Shown piece after piece: positions 55,510 to 64,000 of a stretch of DNA of 64,000 bases. The DNA lies in contig JANLHG010000005.1 in the NCBI GenBank assembly GCA_024654575.1, positions 1,260 through 65,259 on the forward strand. The letters run 5' to 3'. The notes beneath the pieces were generated by a model that saw only the letters and a program-made list of their open reading frames with translations, was not told the DNA's origin and did not search any database. The stretch comes from Patescibacteria group bacterium. Lineage in GTDB: Bacteria; Patescibacteriota; Minisyncoccia; Phycocordibacterales; PALSA-1337. A program made the translations under genes and the position numbers. Numbering within the stretch: the first letter of the stretch is position 1; each line of letters starts with the position of its first letter.

Positions 55510-56065
55510 GACCAAAATATTCTTTAAGTTTTTTGTCATTCTCAATTGTGTCAGCTATTATATATAATATATCTTTTCCAATTTTAAAATCAGCTTTTAA
55601 AAGAGTAATAAAATCTTCACAATCATAAGGAAAAACCCAAACACTGCGTTGAAGACATTTAAATCCTATTGAAATAAGAGTAAGCCTCAATTTATCTCTC
55701 AACACTCTTCTATATTCTTTAATATCAAAAATAACAATTCGCCATTTTTTGTCCCACTTCTTTGGAACTACGATAGAATCTTTAGTTTGTAAATGATAAA
55801 GTTTTTCTTTCCCTTTATCTGTGAGTGTAATAAAATCATTTTCATATTTAAGAAAACCCTGTTTTATTAAACGGGATCTTGAACGCAATAATATTTCTTT
55901 ATCTCTTCTGTTTGGTTTATATCCAAACATTTTTAACACCTGTAACGCATTTGGTGCAAGAAGTGCAACACTCAAAAGGCCAGCCATCGCGACACTTTGC
56001 AAGACAACTTTCTGAATATTACTTCTTCTAGTCCGTTTTTTAGATTCTTTTTCCAAATTCCCCAT
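55502..56065 (-). CDS. Hypothetical protein: basic N-terminus, wHTH-like middle, C-terminal domain with Cas2-like sequence pattern
   Basis: The wHTH-like region reads LIKQGFLKYENDFITLTDKGKEKL. The C-terminal WRIVIFDIKEYRRVLRDKLRLTLISIGFKCLQRSVWVFPYD resembles the Cas2 N-terminal pattern (vvv.YDi…RR.kv.k.L..yG.rvQ.SVf). The start codon abuts palindrome copy B and the stop lies inside copy A. Confidence 0.5.
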   Translation of the reverse strand: MGNLEKESKKRTRRSNIQKVVLQSVAMAGLLSVALLAPNALQVLKMFGYKPNRRDKEILLRSRSRLIKQGFLKYENDFITLTDKGKEKLYHLQTKDSIVVPKKWDKKWRIVIFDIKEYRRVLRDKLRLTLISIGFKCLQRSVWVFPYDCEDFITLLKADFKIGKDILYIIADTIENDKKLKEYFGLH

Positions 56066-56098
56066 CCACTAACTATACACGACCGCATGTAGTTAGTG
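56066..56098. repeat. 34-bp palindromic repeat, copy B: CCACTAACT-ATACACGACCGCATGT-AGTTAGTG
   Basis: The arms are identical to copy A and the ACGACCGCA core is conserved. Confidence 0.65.
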
Positions 56099-56149
56099 TA
56101 TGTGGATAAGATTAAAAAAAGTGAAAACAAATATATAAAAAATAAAAAG

Positions 56150-56185
56150 ATAAAAGGTTCGCGTGTGATACGCGAACCTTTTTGA
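56150..56185 (-). terminator. Rho-independent terminator of the upstream minus-strand membrane-protein gene
   Basis: ggttcgcgt-gtgata-cgcgaacc with a T-run on the minus strand. Confidence 0.6.
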
Positions 56186-56199
56186 TTCAAAAAGAACGA

Positions 56200-56838
56200 C
56201 TAGATTACTTCCGATTTTTCTGCGCGGATTATTTTGTCCGCTTCTTCAAACATTGGTCCGAAGGGAGCAATAGGAAGGTCAAAGTTCTCGCGTAAAATTT
56301 TTGAGATAACTCTTAAATTAACACGCAAGGAGTCAGCCAGATCCTCCATATCTTCAATTTCCCGTCGTCTAATTACTAGAACATTTGCTTGAAGAAGATT
56401 ACTAATCTTAACCGTCATACTCTCACGCCCTGGTGGTAATTCAGCAATTCCACGATTAATACCACACTGTTGCAGTAAGTAATCCAGCCGATTCACTACA
56501 TTGGTGAATTGAATCAATAAGCCAATATTAATTAGACTGGCTATTAAACCAAAAAGGAGAGATATTGAAATGATTATGATACCAACAGAAATGATCCACA
56601 TGAAACCGTTTTCGCTGATGAGACCATAAAAAAACAAATATATCGAAAGTGTCACGACAGCAGAAAAACCAACTGAGATAAAAAGAGATATTTCCGCTAT
56701 GTGCATCGCCTTAATGTTCTCATTTAGATCATCCTTTTGTCCTTTCCATCTCCATGAGGAAAAAAAAACTGGAAGGACTGGTAATACATCTGCCACCAGA
56801 AGTTTATCCACTCGAATACCACGTATGTTAATGTTCAT
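56200..56838 (-). CDS. Hypothetical membrane protein (TM helices plus cytoplasmic C-domain)
   Basis: Two or three TM helices. It has a strong RBS (gaggaagg) and a GC-rich structured leader upstream. Confidence 0.5.
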   Translation of the reverse strand: MNINIRGIRVDKLLVADVLPVLPVFFSSWRWKGQKDDLNENIKAMHIAEISLFISVGFSAVVTLSIYLFFYGLISENGFMWIISVGIIIISISLLFGLIASLINIGLLIQFTNVVNRLDYLLQQCGINRGIAELPPGRESMTVKISNLLQANVLVIRRREIEDMEDLADSLRVNLRVISKILRENFDLPIAPFGPMFEEADKIIRAEKSEVI

Positions 56839-56860
56839 TTTTACCTTCCTCTGTTCAGTT

Positions 56861-56935
56861 ACTTTCAGAGAATAATGGGGGTCGGTCCCATCGCAAAGCC
56901 GCTTCCTGGCAACTCCCGCCTTCCTTGACGAGGCG
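56861..56935 (-). promoter_or_regulatory. GC-rich structured 5' leader (candidate cis-regulatory RNA/riboswitch-like element) of the 56200-56838 gene
   Basis: A roughly 75-nt island of about 60% GC sits in an AT-rich spacer. It contains the cgcct…aggcg hairpin and gggggtcggtccc, and lies directly 5' of the SD. Confidence 0.35.
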
Positions 56936-56993
56936 ATACTTCATTATTTTAAAAAACTTTCCTGAACAATCCACTATTTAGTATAAATAACAA

Positions 56994-59888
56994 TTAAATA
57001 TTTGTCAATGATTTCAACTGACACCATTCACATTTTTTGTTGTTGCAGAAAGTGGTGATAATAGAACCAGAATTAACAGCATCAAAAAGAGATTTGATTT
57101 CTGTTTTGAGTTTTTCAATATCTGAATTTTCTACAGAAAGGGTTATGATCGGACATCTACCTTTTGAATCTGGAATTACAAAAACCAATGAAGGTATGAT
57201 TTTCTTATCTAGAAATCTTGAATCATTTTCAAGTAAAAGCCGATAAAATACCAACTGTCGAAAATAATCACCATTACTATTTTTTGTTTCTCCTTTTATT
57301 TCATTTTCAGACATCACCTGTTTCGTCTTATAATCAAAAACAAACACTTCTTTTCCATCGTCTACAACTGCATCAAGTTTACCGTGAAGAACAGCCTCTT
57401 CAAATATAGTTTCGCTCCATATTTCTGAAAAAATTGTTCCTTTTTGAGCAAAATGAGATTGTAATTCCTTTGCAATTATTGGAATATCTTCAAACAATTC
57501 TTTTTTGACCGTTTCTTTTTCAGATAATGAAAGTAAAGATTCTATAAAATAATTACTAACAGTCGTCTTCATAATCTTCTCAAGATCTTCAATATCTCTT
57601 TTTTTAGAATTCCATATCAACGATATTGCTTTATGCATAGAATTCCCTTTTTCAGCTAAAGGAGATGGAGCTTGAGGAATTTTTAAAATACTTTGATAAA
57701 GAAATTTACTCGGACAATCTAAAAAATGATTGAGAGCCGTAACAGAAAGTCCAGATTCTTGAAGAATTGATTTTGCATAATCTATAGTTTTTTTAGCAGA
57801 ATTATTTAATTGTCTATTTTTTATCAAAATATCTTTTTTTTCCATAATGCGAGGTAGATTAATTTTAGAAATATGTTTTGGGTCTAACTCGTCAATAAAC
57901 CTTAACGGAATAAGGGATTCTCCATGATCACTGGCTCCAAAAAGAATAACAACATGCGAACGAGCCCTCGTTAAAGCAACATAAAAAAGTCGCCGAACAT
58001 CTCTCACATCATTCATAACTCTTGTTTCTGGAAGCACAAAATAACTTCCCCAATTTTTACCAATCCATGATTCTTCGGTGACATAAGGAATAAAAACATA
58101 ATCAAATTCTAATCCCTTACTAGCATGAGCTGTCATAACTCTAATCGGTAAATCTGGAGTTCCAACACTAATTTTGACACTTTTATTTTCAGCAGAAACT
58201 TTATAAGCAATAAGATAGTCCATAAGTTTTTTAGGGTCTTGTATGTTTCCTTGATGAATTATATTTTCAGACAAAGTCGTAATCCCTCGCCATACTTCCA
58301 CATAAGATGGTTCTTTAGCGATAATCTTATTCAGACCTGTTAACTCTGCTAAATTTATAATAAACTCTAGCGGATTATCATCAGTAATTTCTTTTTTAAT
58401 AGTTTTAAGAATTGGAATTTTGTTATCAAGTTTAATATCTTCGGTAGATTTTAGTAACTTTATAATTGATACTGAATCATCAAAGGACAAGCCCCACAAA
58501 CCCGAGACTAAAGTTTTAGCTAACAAATCAGTTTTTGTTGGGTCACAAATAAATTCAATTAAATCAAAAAATAAAATCCCAACAGGATGATTAAAAATAT
58601 CTATACTTCTTTCAGACGACACTGAAATATTATTCGCTTCACATAAATGTAAAATCCTTTCAAGGTCACGATTGGTTTTTGTAATAACTGCCGTGTTGAT
58701 ATTTTTTTTAAATGTTAATTTCTTAAGTTCATCAACTAGATATTTTTCAATTGTTTCCGTATCTTCCGCTGAGACAACATCAACAGGTTTTAAAAATTCA
58801 TCACTTTTAGCAGAAAGTTTTACTCTCAAATTTTGATGTTCTCCATCAATATAATTATTTTCAATCATTGAAAAACTAGCATCTAATATACTCTGATGAG
58901 AACGATAATTTTCTTCAAGACGAATAATTTTCATTTCTTTCCACGTATTTTCAAATTTCAAAAAATTATCCACTGAAGCTCCTTGAAAACGATAAATTGC
59001 CTGTTTCTCATCACCTACTATAAATACATTTGGTACATCAAAAAAATCAGCCAGAAGTTTTATTAATTCATTTTGAGAATTATTAGTATCTTGATGTTCG
59101 TCAATTAACATATACAAAAACTTTTCCTGCAACATTCGCAAAAGAAGTTCATCATGTTTTAAGGCAATAACAAGCTCATATATAAGGTCATCAAAATCCA
59201 TAACTTTATCTACTCTTTTTTTATTTTCATAAGCTTTATAAATATCGGCAAAAATAAATGTCCGCTCACATTTCTCTATTTTTTTCTTTGATTCTGCCTT
59301 TAGTTCACCTTTACTTTTACCTCTAGTAGAATAAGAATCTTCACCGGCTTTTATTTTTTCTATTTCATCTTCCGCATGTTTACGAACCATATCCGGTGTA
59401 TAAGATTCTCGTTTTGAATCACTTATAGCACCAATTATTTTTTGAATATAAAAATCTGGATTACCAAATGGCCGTAAATCACTCATTTTATCACTTTTCA
59501 ATAAAGTTCTAATTATATTTTCCGCCTCAATATCTGTTAATTGTTTAAAACGATCTAAATGGGTAAAATGATCACGAAATTCATTAATGACAGAAGATGC
59601 AAACCCATGAAAAGTGTGGATTCTTACTTCGTTAGCTCTGGTTCCAATAATATCCCGAAGTTTCATTCTCATCGCTTTTACTCCCGCTTCAGTAAATGTC
59701 AGTGCTAAAATACCTGACGCTGGTGTATCAGTTTTTTGTAAAATGTTAGCAATACGCAGAGTGAGAATAGTTGTTTTGCCAGTACCAGGTCCAGCAATAA
59801 CCATCACTGGCCCTTCAATTGAATCGACAGCTTCTTTTTGTTTTTTATTAAGTCGCTTATATTGTTCTTCAAAGTTTTCAGAAGTCAT
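56994..59888 (-). CDS. UvrD/PcrA-family helicase fused to a C-terminal RecB-family (PD-D/ExK, Cas4-like) nuclease with a Cys cluster
   Basis: Walker A is VIAGPGTGKTT and helicase motifs follow. The C-terminal motifs are VFVFDYKT (D-x-K), QLVFY (QxxxY) and a …CNNKKCEWCQL cysteine cluster. Length is 964 aa. Confidence 0.8.
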   Translation of the reverse strand: MTSENFEEQYKRLNKKQKEAVDSIEGPVMVIAGPGTGKTTILTLRIANILQKTDTPASGILALTFTEAGVKAMRMKLRDIIGTRANEVRIHTFHGFASSVINEFRDHFTHLDRFKQLTDIEAENIIRTLLKSDKMSDLRPFGNPDFYIQKIIGAISDSKRESYTPDMVRKHAEDEIEKIKAGEDSYSTRGKSKGELKAESKKKIEKCERTFIFADIYKAYENKKRVDKVMDFDDLIYELVIALKHDELLLRMLQEKFLYMLIDEHQDTNNSQNELIKLLADFFDVPNVFIVGDEKQAIYRFQGASVDNFLKFENTWKEMKIIRLEENYRSHQSILDASFSMIENNYIDGEHQNLRVKLSAKSDEFLKPVDVVSAEDTETIEKYLVDELKKLTFKKNINTAVITKTNRDLERILHLCEANNISVSSERSIDIFNHPVGILFFDLIEFICDPTKTDLLAKTLVSGLWGLSFDDSVSIIKLLKSTEDIKLDNKIPILKTIKKEITDDNPLEFIINLAELTGLNKIIAKEPSYVEVWRGITTLSENIIHQGNIQDPKKLMDYLIAYKVSAENKSVKISVGTPDLPIRVMTAHASKGLEFDYVFIPYVTEESWIGKNWGSYFVLPETRVMNDVRDVRRLFYVALTRARSHVVILFGASDHGESLIPLRFIDELDPKHISKINLPRIMEKKDILIKNRQLNNSAKKTIDYAKSILQESGLSVTALNHFLDCPSKFLYQSILKIPQAPSPLAEKGNSMHKAISLIWNSKKRDIEDLEKIMKTTVSNYFIESLLSLSEKETVKKELFEDIPIIAKELQSHFAQKGTIFSEIWSETIFEEAVLHGKLDAVVDDGKEVFVFDYKTKQVMSENEIKGETKNSNGDYFRQLVFYRLLLENDSRFLDKKIIPSLVFVIPDSKGRCPIITLSVENSDIEKLKTEIKSLFDAVNSGSIITTFCNNKKCEWCQLKSLTNI

Positions 59889-59901
59889 AAAGATGATTAT
59901 A

Positions 59902-61575
59902 TCATTTTAAATACTCTGGTGTGTTTTCTACCATCCAATCAAACATTTGACGAGCCACTGATGTAGCACCTACATCATTATAGGCTGGGCCACGTTCCAT
60001 CATAATGACAAAAGCATAATGAGGATTTTCATAAGGGAAAAAACCAACAGCCCAAGAGTTAACATAAGCATTTGAAAGACCAACCTGAGCAGTTCCTGTC
60101 TTTGTAGCAATATCAACAGCTTGTATATTAAGACCTTGTCCCGTTCCAATTGTAACAGCCATTCTCATTCCCTCATGAACAATATCAAAATATTCTTTTG
60201 GAATTTTGACATCACGAATATCTCCAGAAAGTTGATTCTCTCCAAGTAAAAGTTTAGGAGTTAATAGTTTTCCATAATTAGCGATTGCTGAGATAGCTCT
60301 CACAGCTTGAATGGGAGTAAGTTGATAACCATATTGTCCGATAACTGTATTATAAGTATCTCCCACACGCCACGGATCACCCGAAAAATTAAAAGCTTTC
60401 CATTCAGGAGTTGGAATAGGACGATTTATTTCTCCTTGTAAATTTATGTTGGTTTTCTCTCCAAATCCAAAAAGCTCTGAATATTTATCAATGTTTGAAA
60501 TACCAATCCCTTTTTGGTCTTCAAAACCTCCTCCAACAGTGTAAAAATAAACGTCAGATGAAAAAGCAATTGCCTCTCTTAAGTCAACCCACCCAAGTGC
60601 TTTCCAATCTTTAAAAATAGAAAATTTTGTTGAGTCATATGGATTAGGCAAAGAAATAGAACCAGTACTTAAAATCTTTTTATTAGGGTCTATAATTTTT
60701 TCATTTAAAACACCGATAGCCATCACTGGTTTTATAATAGACCCCGGTGTATATGCACCATGAATAATCCTATTTAAAAAAGGTTTGTTTTTATTATTTA
60801 TATATTCTTTTATTTTTTCAGAATCATCTCCTTCTGCTAATACCTGTGAACTATATTCTGGATAGCTCACCATCGCTAATAATTCTCCTGTATTAACATC
60901 CATAATGGTTGATGCTCCACCAACGAATCCATATGTTTCAGAAAAATTCTTCATTATTTCATATATTTTGCTGTTTAATTTTGAATCAACTGCAAGTATA
61001 GTATTTTCGCCATCCTTGGGAGGAGTCATAATATTTTGAGATTGAATTTTACCAAGTGCATTTATTTCTACAATTCTGACACCATTTTCTCCTTTCAGTT
61101 TTTCATCATAAGCTTTTTCAACACCATCTATACCTTCAAAATCTTCTCTATAGTAAAAACCGTAATTATCTTTTGAAGGATACTTTGCATAACCAACAAG
61201 ATGAGCCACGCCAGAATTTTCTATATAACGTCTTGAAGAAAAACTTTTATCTTCCCCTCGTTCGTTCCAAGCAAGTTCTACTTTATTTCGATCATAAATA
61301 ATCCCCCTTTCTGAAAAAACAACTGTATTTCTTAATCTATTATTTTCTCCACGTTGAGCATAAATTTCTCCTTTATTAATCTGAAGTGCCCAAATTTTTG
61401 ATGTATAAATAATGCTGACAATCAAAAAGAAAACTCCTAAAAAAATAATACTTCTTCTAGATATTGCCTTTTCTAATCTACCTTCAAACTGATTCGTATC
61501 AAAATCTGGTAAATTATGTGAATCAATGAAAATTTCATCTGGTTCTATTGGTTTGTTTTTAATATGTCTTATCAT
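59902..61575 (-). CDS. mrdA: Penicillin-binding protein 2 (class B transpeptidase)
   Basis: An N-terminal TM segment. PGSIIKP is SxxK, SSD is SxN-like and KTGTA is KTG. The gene lies downstream of mreBCD. Confidence 0.88.
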   Translation of the reverse strand: MIRHIKNKPIEPDEIFIDSHNLPDFDTNQFEGRLEKAISRRSIIFLGVFFLIVSIIYTSKIWALQINKGEIYAQRGENNRLRNTVVFSERGIIYDRNKVELAWNERGEDKSFSSRRYIENSGVAHLVGYAKYPSKDNYGFYYREDFEGIDGVEKAYDEKLKGENGVRIVEINALGKIQSQNIMTPPKDGENTILAVDSKLNSKIYEIMKNFSETYGFVGGASTIMDVNTGELLAMVSYPEYSSQVLAEGDDSEKIKEYINNKNKPFLNRIIHGAYTPGSIIKPVMAIGVLNEKIIDPNKKILSTGSISLPNPYDSTKFSIFKDWKALGWVDLREAIAFSSDVYFYTVGGGFEDQKGIGISNIDKYSELFGFGEKTNINLQGEINRPIPTPEWKAFNFSGDPWRVGDTYNTVIGQYGYQLTPIQAVRAISAIANYGKLLTPKLLLGENQLSGDIRDVKIPKEYFDIVHEGMRMAVTIGTGQGLNIQAVDIATKTGTAQVGLSNAYVNSWAVGFFPYENPHYAFVIMMERGPAYNDVGATSVARQMFDWMVENTPEYLK

Positions 61576-61842
61576 TTATTTTTTAAAAAATACCAAACTC
61601 TTCTTAAGATAAATTGAAACCACAAAAAGTAACAATGCTATAAAAGTATTACGAAGTTCTACGGTGTACAAAGAATCAATAGCTAAACCTATTAAAATAA
61701 TTTCATAAAAATTATCAAAATAAAATAAGGCAATCAATGATAATGACACATAAAACCACCAAGGAAACAAAAATACTGACAACAAAATAAAAACAACTAC
61801 AATCCAGCGAATATTTTTTATGGTTTTATAATTTCCACCCAT
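61576..61842 (-). CDS. mreD: Rod shape-determining protein MreD-like
   Basis: An 88-aa polytopic membrane protein positioned between mreC and mrdA. Confidence 0.5.
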   Translation of the reverse strand: MGGNYKTIKNIRWIVVVFILLSVFLFPWWFYVSLSLIALFYFDNFYEIILIGLAIDSLYTVELRNTFIALLLFVVSIYLKKSLVFFKK

Positions 61843-62624
61843 TTTATTGAAGATATGTTATATGGACTTCTAAAAAGAACTCTGTTAAAAGCTTTAGTCG
61901 GGTCTGTTATGGTATCTTCTACGATACCAAAAATCTGTTGATTTATACTTGGTAAAAAAACAAATTCTCCCGGTAAAATCTTAATAGACCTTGGAATGAT
62001 AACTTCAAAATTACCACCACCTCGACCAATGGCAACCGCTTGGATGGTACTAGTCCCTATCAAAACATCTGTTTTTTGTTCACTTGTAGAATATAATTTA
62101 ACCTTAGATGTTTTACCTAACACTTCTTCAACCTCGCCAATAATATCACTTCCGCCAACAACCACCTTATCTCCGTTTTCTACATCTTCATTGACCCCAG
62201 CATCTACAATAATATTATCATAAAATGTTACGGGAGGTCTTTGAAGCACTGAAGCGATAATCATTTTTTTATTTTCATTAATTCTACCTAATATTTTTTT
62301 AAATTCTTCATTTTCGTATTCCAAAACACTTAATTTTAAATTTTCATTTTTAAGAAATTCATTCTCCATTTTCAAACTATTATTTTCTTGAAGAAGTAAA
62401 CGTTTAGACATAAAATACCCAGTTGTTCCATAACCTTCATGAACTAAAACATTTTCAGTTTTCCACAATAGCCTACCTACTGTGTTAAATAGAATAGAAA
62501 ATAATTTTGGAAAAATTATGTGAATTAAAAAAATAATTACGAAAATAATTATCGCAATGACAATAATGCGAAATGTTTTTTTATTTTCTCTATTATTACT
62601 TTTTAGGAGGTAATTCGTCTTCAT
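61818..62624 (-). CDS. mreC: Rod shape-determining protein MreC
   Basis: An N-terminal TM segment, a coiled-coil and a beta-rich C-domain. It sits immediately downstream of mreB. Confidence 0.75.
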   Translation of the reverse strand: MKTNYLLKSNNRENKKTFRIIVIAIIIFVIIFLIHIIFPKLFSILFNTVGRLLWKTENVLVHEGYGTTGYFMSKRLLLQENNSLKMENEFLKNENLKLSVLEYENEEFKKILGRINENKKMIIASVLQRPPVTFYDNIIVDAGVNEDVENGDKVVVGGSDIIGEVEEVLGKTSKVKLYSTSEQKTDVLIGTSTIQAVAIGRGGGNFEVIIPRSIKILPGEFVFLPSINQQIFGIVEDTITDPTKAFNRVLFRSPYNISSIKWVEIIKP

Positions 62625-63660
62625 TAGCTATAAGCATATCACCATATTTGTTCATATCCTCAAGTATAATTCCTGTTCCTCTAGCTATTGCTGTAAGAGG
62701 GTCTTCAACGATATACACTGGAATTTTTAAAAAATCTTTTATCAGTTCATCAATACCTTTTATGAGAGCCCCTCCACCAACAAGATAAATACCTCTCCGC
62801 ATCACATCTCCCAAAATTTCTGGTGGAGTTGTTTCCAAAACTTCCTTCACTGATTCAACAAGCATATCAATCGACTGAGACATTGCTTCTCGGACATCAG
62901 AATCAGTAATAACGACTTCGCGAGGTAATCCAGTAATGAGATCCCTTCCCCTAACTTCAATTTCACTAGATTCTTCTCCGGGAAGCACAGAGCCGATTTT
63001 GATTTTTATATTTTCAGCAGTTTTTTCTCCTATTAAAATCTTAAATTCATTTCTTATGTAAGAAATAACGTCTTGATTCAATTTATCGCCAGCAATTCTT
63101 AAATTTTTAGAACTAACAATTCCTCCCAAAGAAATTACAGCAATATCGGTCGTGCCTCCACCGATATCTATAATCATATTGCCAACTGGTTCGTCCACAG
63201 GTAATCTTATCCCAATTGCACCTGCCATCGGTTCTTCCACAATATAAACTTCTCTGGCTCCGGCGTTTTTCGTAGCATCACGCACAGCACGAATTTCCAC
63301 ATTAGTCACTCCAGAAGGCACACCTACCACAACCTTTGGTCCAAGTATTTTTTTTGAATATGTTTCAGCTTTTTTAACCAAATAAGAAATCAATTCCTCC
63401 GTCACTTCAAAATCAGAAATTACTCCATCAACTAGAGGACGCACAGCGACAATATGTGGAGGAGTACGTCCCAACATTTCCTTAGCTTGAGTTCCGACGG
63501 CCACAACACGACCAGTTTTTTGATTCACAGCTACAACAGATGGTTCATTTATAACCACACCATGTCCACGCAAATACACCAAAGTATTGGCTGTCCCTAA
63601 ATCTATACCTATTTCATTGGACACCAACGAAAAGAATTTTTTTTTCAGATTTTTAAACAT
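62596..63660 (-). CDS. mreB: Rod shape-determining protein MreB (operon copy)
   Basis: Contains IGIDLGTANTLVY, NEPSVVAV and DIGGGTTD. Length is 354 aa. Confidence 0.9.
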   Translation of the reverse strand: MFKNLKKKFFSLVSNEIGIDLGTANTLVYLRGHGVVINEPSVVAVNQKTGRVVAVGTQAKEMLGRTPPHIVAVRPLVDGVISDFEVTEELISYLVKKAETYSKKILGPKVVVGVPSGVTNVEIRAVRDATKNAGAREVYIVEEPMAGAIGIRLPVDEPVGNMIIDIGGGTTDIAVISLGGIVSSKNLRIAGDKLNQDVISYIRNEFKILIGEKTAENIKIKIGSVLPGEESSEIEVRGRDLITGLPREVVITDSDVREAMSQSIDMLVESVKEVLETTPPEILGDVMRRGIYLVGGGALIKGIDELIKDFLKIPVYIVEDPLTAIARGTGIILEDMNKYGDMLIANEDELPPKK

Positions 63661-64000
63661 TTTAGCATTTCCTTTTCATCCATTTTTTTTACCTCTCCTG
63701 TTTTACGATTTTTCATTTCAATCATTTTTTCCGACATTAATTTTTCACTTACTACTATTCTCCAAGGTATTCCAATAAGATCTGAATCAGCAAATTTTTC
63801 GCCAGGCCTAACATCTCTATCATCATATAAAACTTCAATATTATGCTCTAAAAGTTTAGAGTAAAGTTGATCAACATATTTTTTGACAATTTCTTTATCA
63901 TTACCTATAGACACTAGATGTACTCTGTAAGGCGCCACTTCTTCAGGCCAAACTATTCCCGCCTCATCAGCAAAAACTTCCACAATAGTCCCCATAACTC
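63645..64000 (-). CDS. proS: Prolyl-tRNA synthetase, C-terminal anticodon-binding domain (partial; 5' end beyond window)
   Basis: GIVWPEEVAPYRVHLV…IEVLYDDRDVRPGEKFADSDLIGIP aligns to the E. coli ProRS C-terminus (GIIWPDAIAPFQVAIL…[25 protein letters not shown]). Confidence 0.75.
   Translation of the reverse strand, partial: VMGTIVEVFADEAGIVWPEEVAPYRVHLVSIGNDKEIVKKYVDQLYSKLLEHNIEVLYDDRDVRPGEKFADSDLIGIPWRIVVSEKLMSEKMIEMKNRKTGEVKKMDEKEMLKCLKI

Noticed and set aside
56850-56960. SRP (4.5S) RNA or fluoride riboswitch assignment for the GC-rich leader
   Set aside because: CCAGGAAGCGGC only loosely resembles the SRP CCGGAAGGAAGCAGCC motif and lacks the symmetric domain IV partner. GCGAUGG is present but the remaining crcB-motif pseudoknot elements are not. 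It is left as an unclassified structured leader.
1-64000. CRISPR array or cas operon
   Set aside because: No array of regularly spaced direct repeats was found. The only Cas-like signal is the solitary Cas2-like C-terminal pattern in ORF 55502-56065.

Overview
This window is low-GC (about 30% by eye) and gene-dense, with short genes. The gene content resembles a reduced-genome Gram-positive-like bacterium, possibly Patescibacteria/CPR; that placement is inference only.

Most of the window is housekeeping:
- Translation: tsaD, rpmA, gltX, rplI, cysS, rplU, def, fmt, hpf, truB, a hisS-like gene, partial proS, tRNA-Asn and tRNA-Gln.
- Replication and repair: dnaB, recR, a priA-like gene, dnaG-rpoD, a UvrD-like helicase-nuclease.
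- Cell envelope: murA, murG-ftsW, a ctpA-like protease, an M23 peptidase, the mreBCD-mrdA operon plus a second lone mreB, sortase, DsbA.
- A type IV pilus cluster (pilB, pilC, five pilin-like genes).

Several stretches look accessory rather than core:
- A tRNA-Asn locus (about 18.1-25.5 kb) holds a pseudo-tRNA fragment, a tRNA 3'-half copy with a compensated T-stem, and five further degenerate copies of a 25-35 bp tRNA-3'-like repeat. These repeats partition small modules: a NYN nuclease, a YtxH protein, a peptidase E / LdcA-fragment / VanX-like / Asp-racemase cluster, a NUDIX hydrolase and an AbiEi/AbiEii pair. No integrase is visible.
- Two sharply GC-rich (about 50-55%) insertions in the AT-rich background: an orphan 165-aa gene at 8.5 kb with its own consensus promoter, structured leader and terminator, and a pyrC-pyrD pair at 33.8-35.8 kb. 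pyrE lies separately at 51.3 kb.
- A copper/redox island: copA, cupredoxin, a CcdA-like protein, DUF1573, SHOCT.
- A YefM-MazF toxin-antitoxin pair with a palindromic operator.
- A small family of GC-rich perfect palindromes that sit in-frame inside cysS and dnaG (encoding PPAQAG), coupled to a TAGGAGTTTCCTATGTA inverted repeat that also occurs intergenically.
- A wHTH plus Cas2-like candidate gene bracketed exactly by two copies of a 34-bp palindrome.
- A GC-rich structured leader upstream of a membrane protein gene.

All calls rest on reading motifs in the ORF translations and the nucleotide text by eye. No database searches were run.
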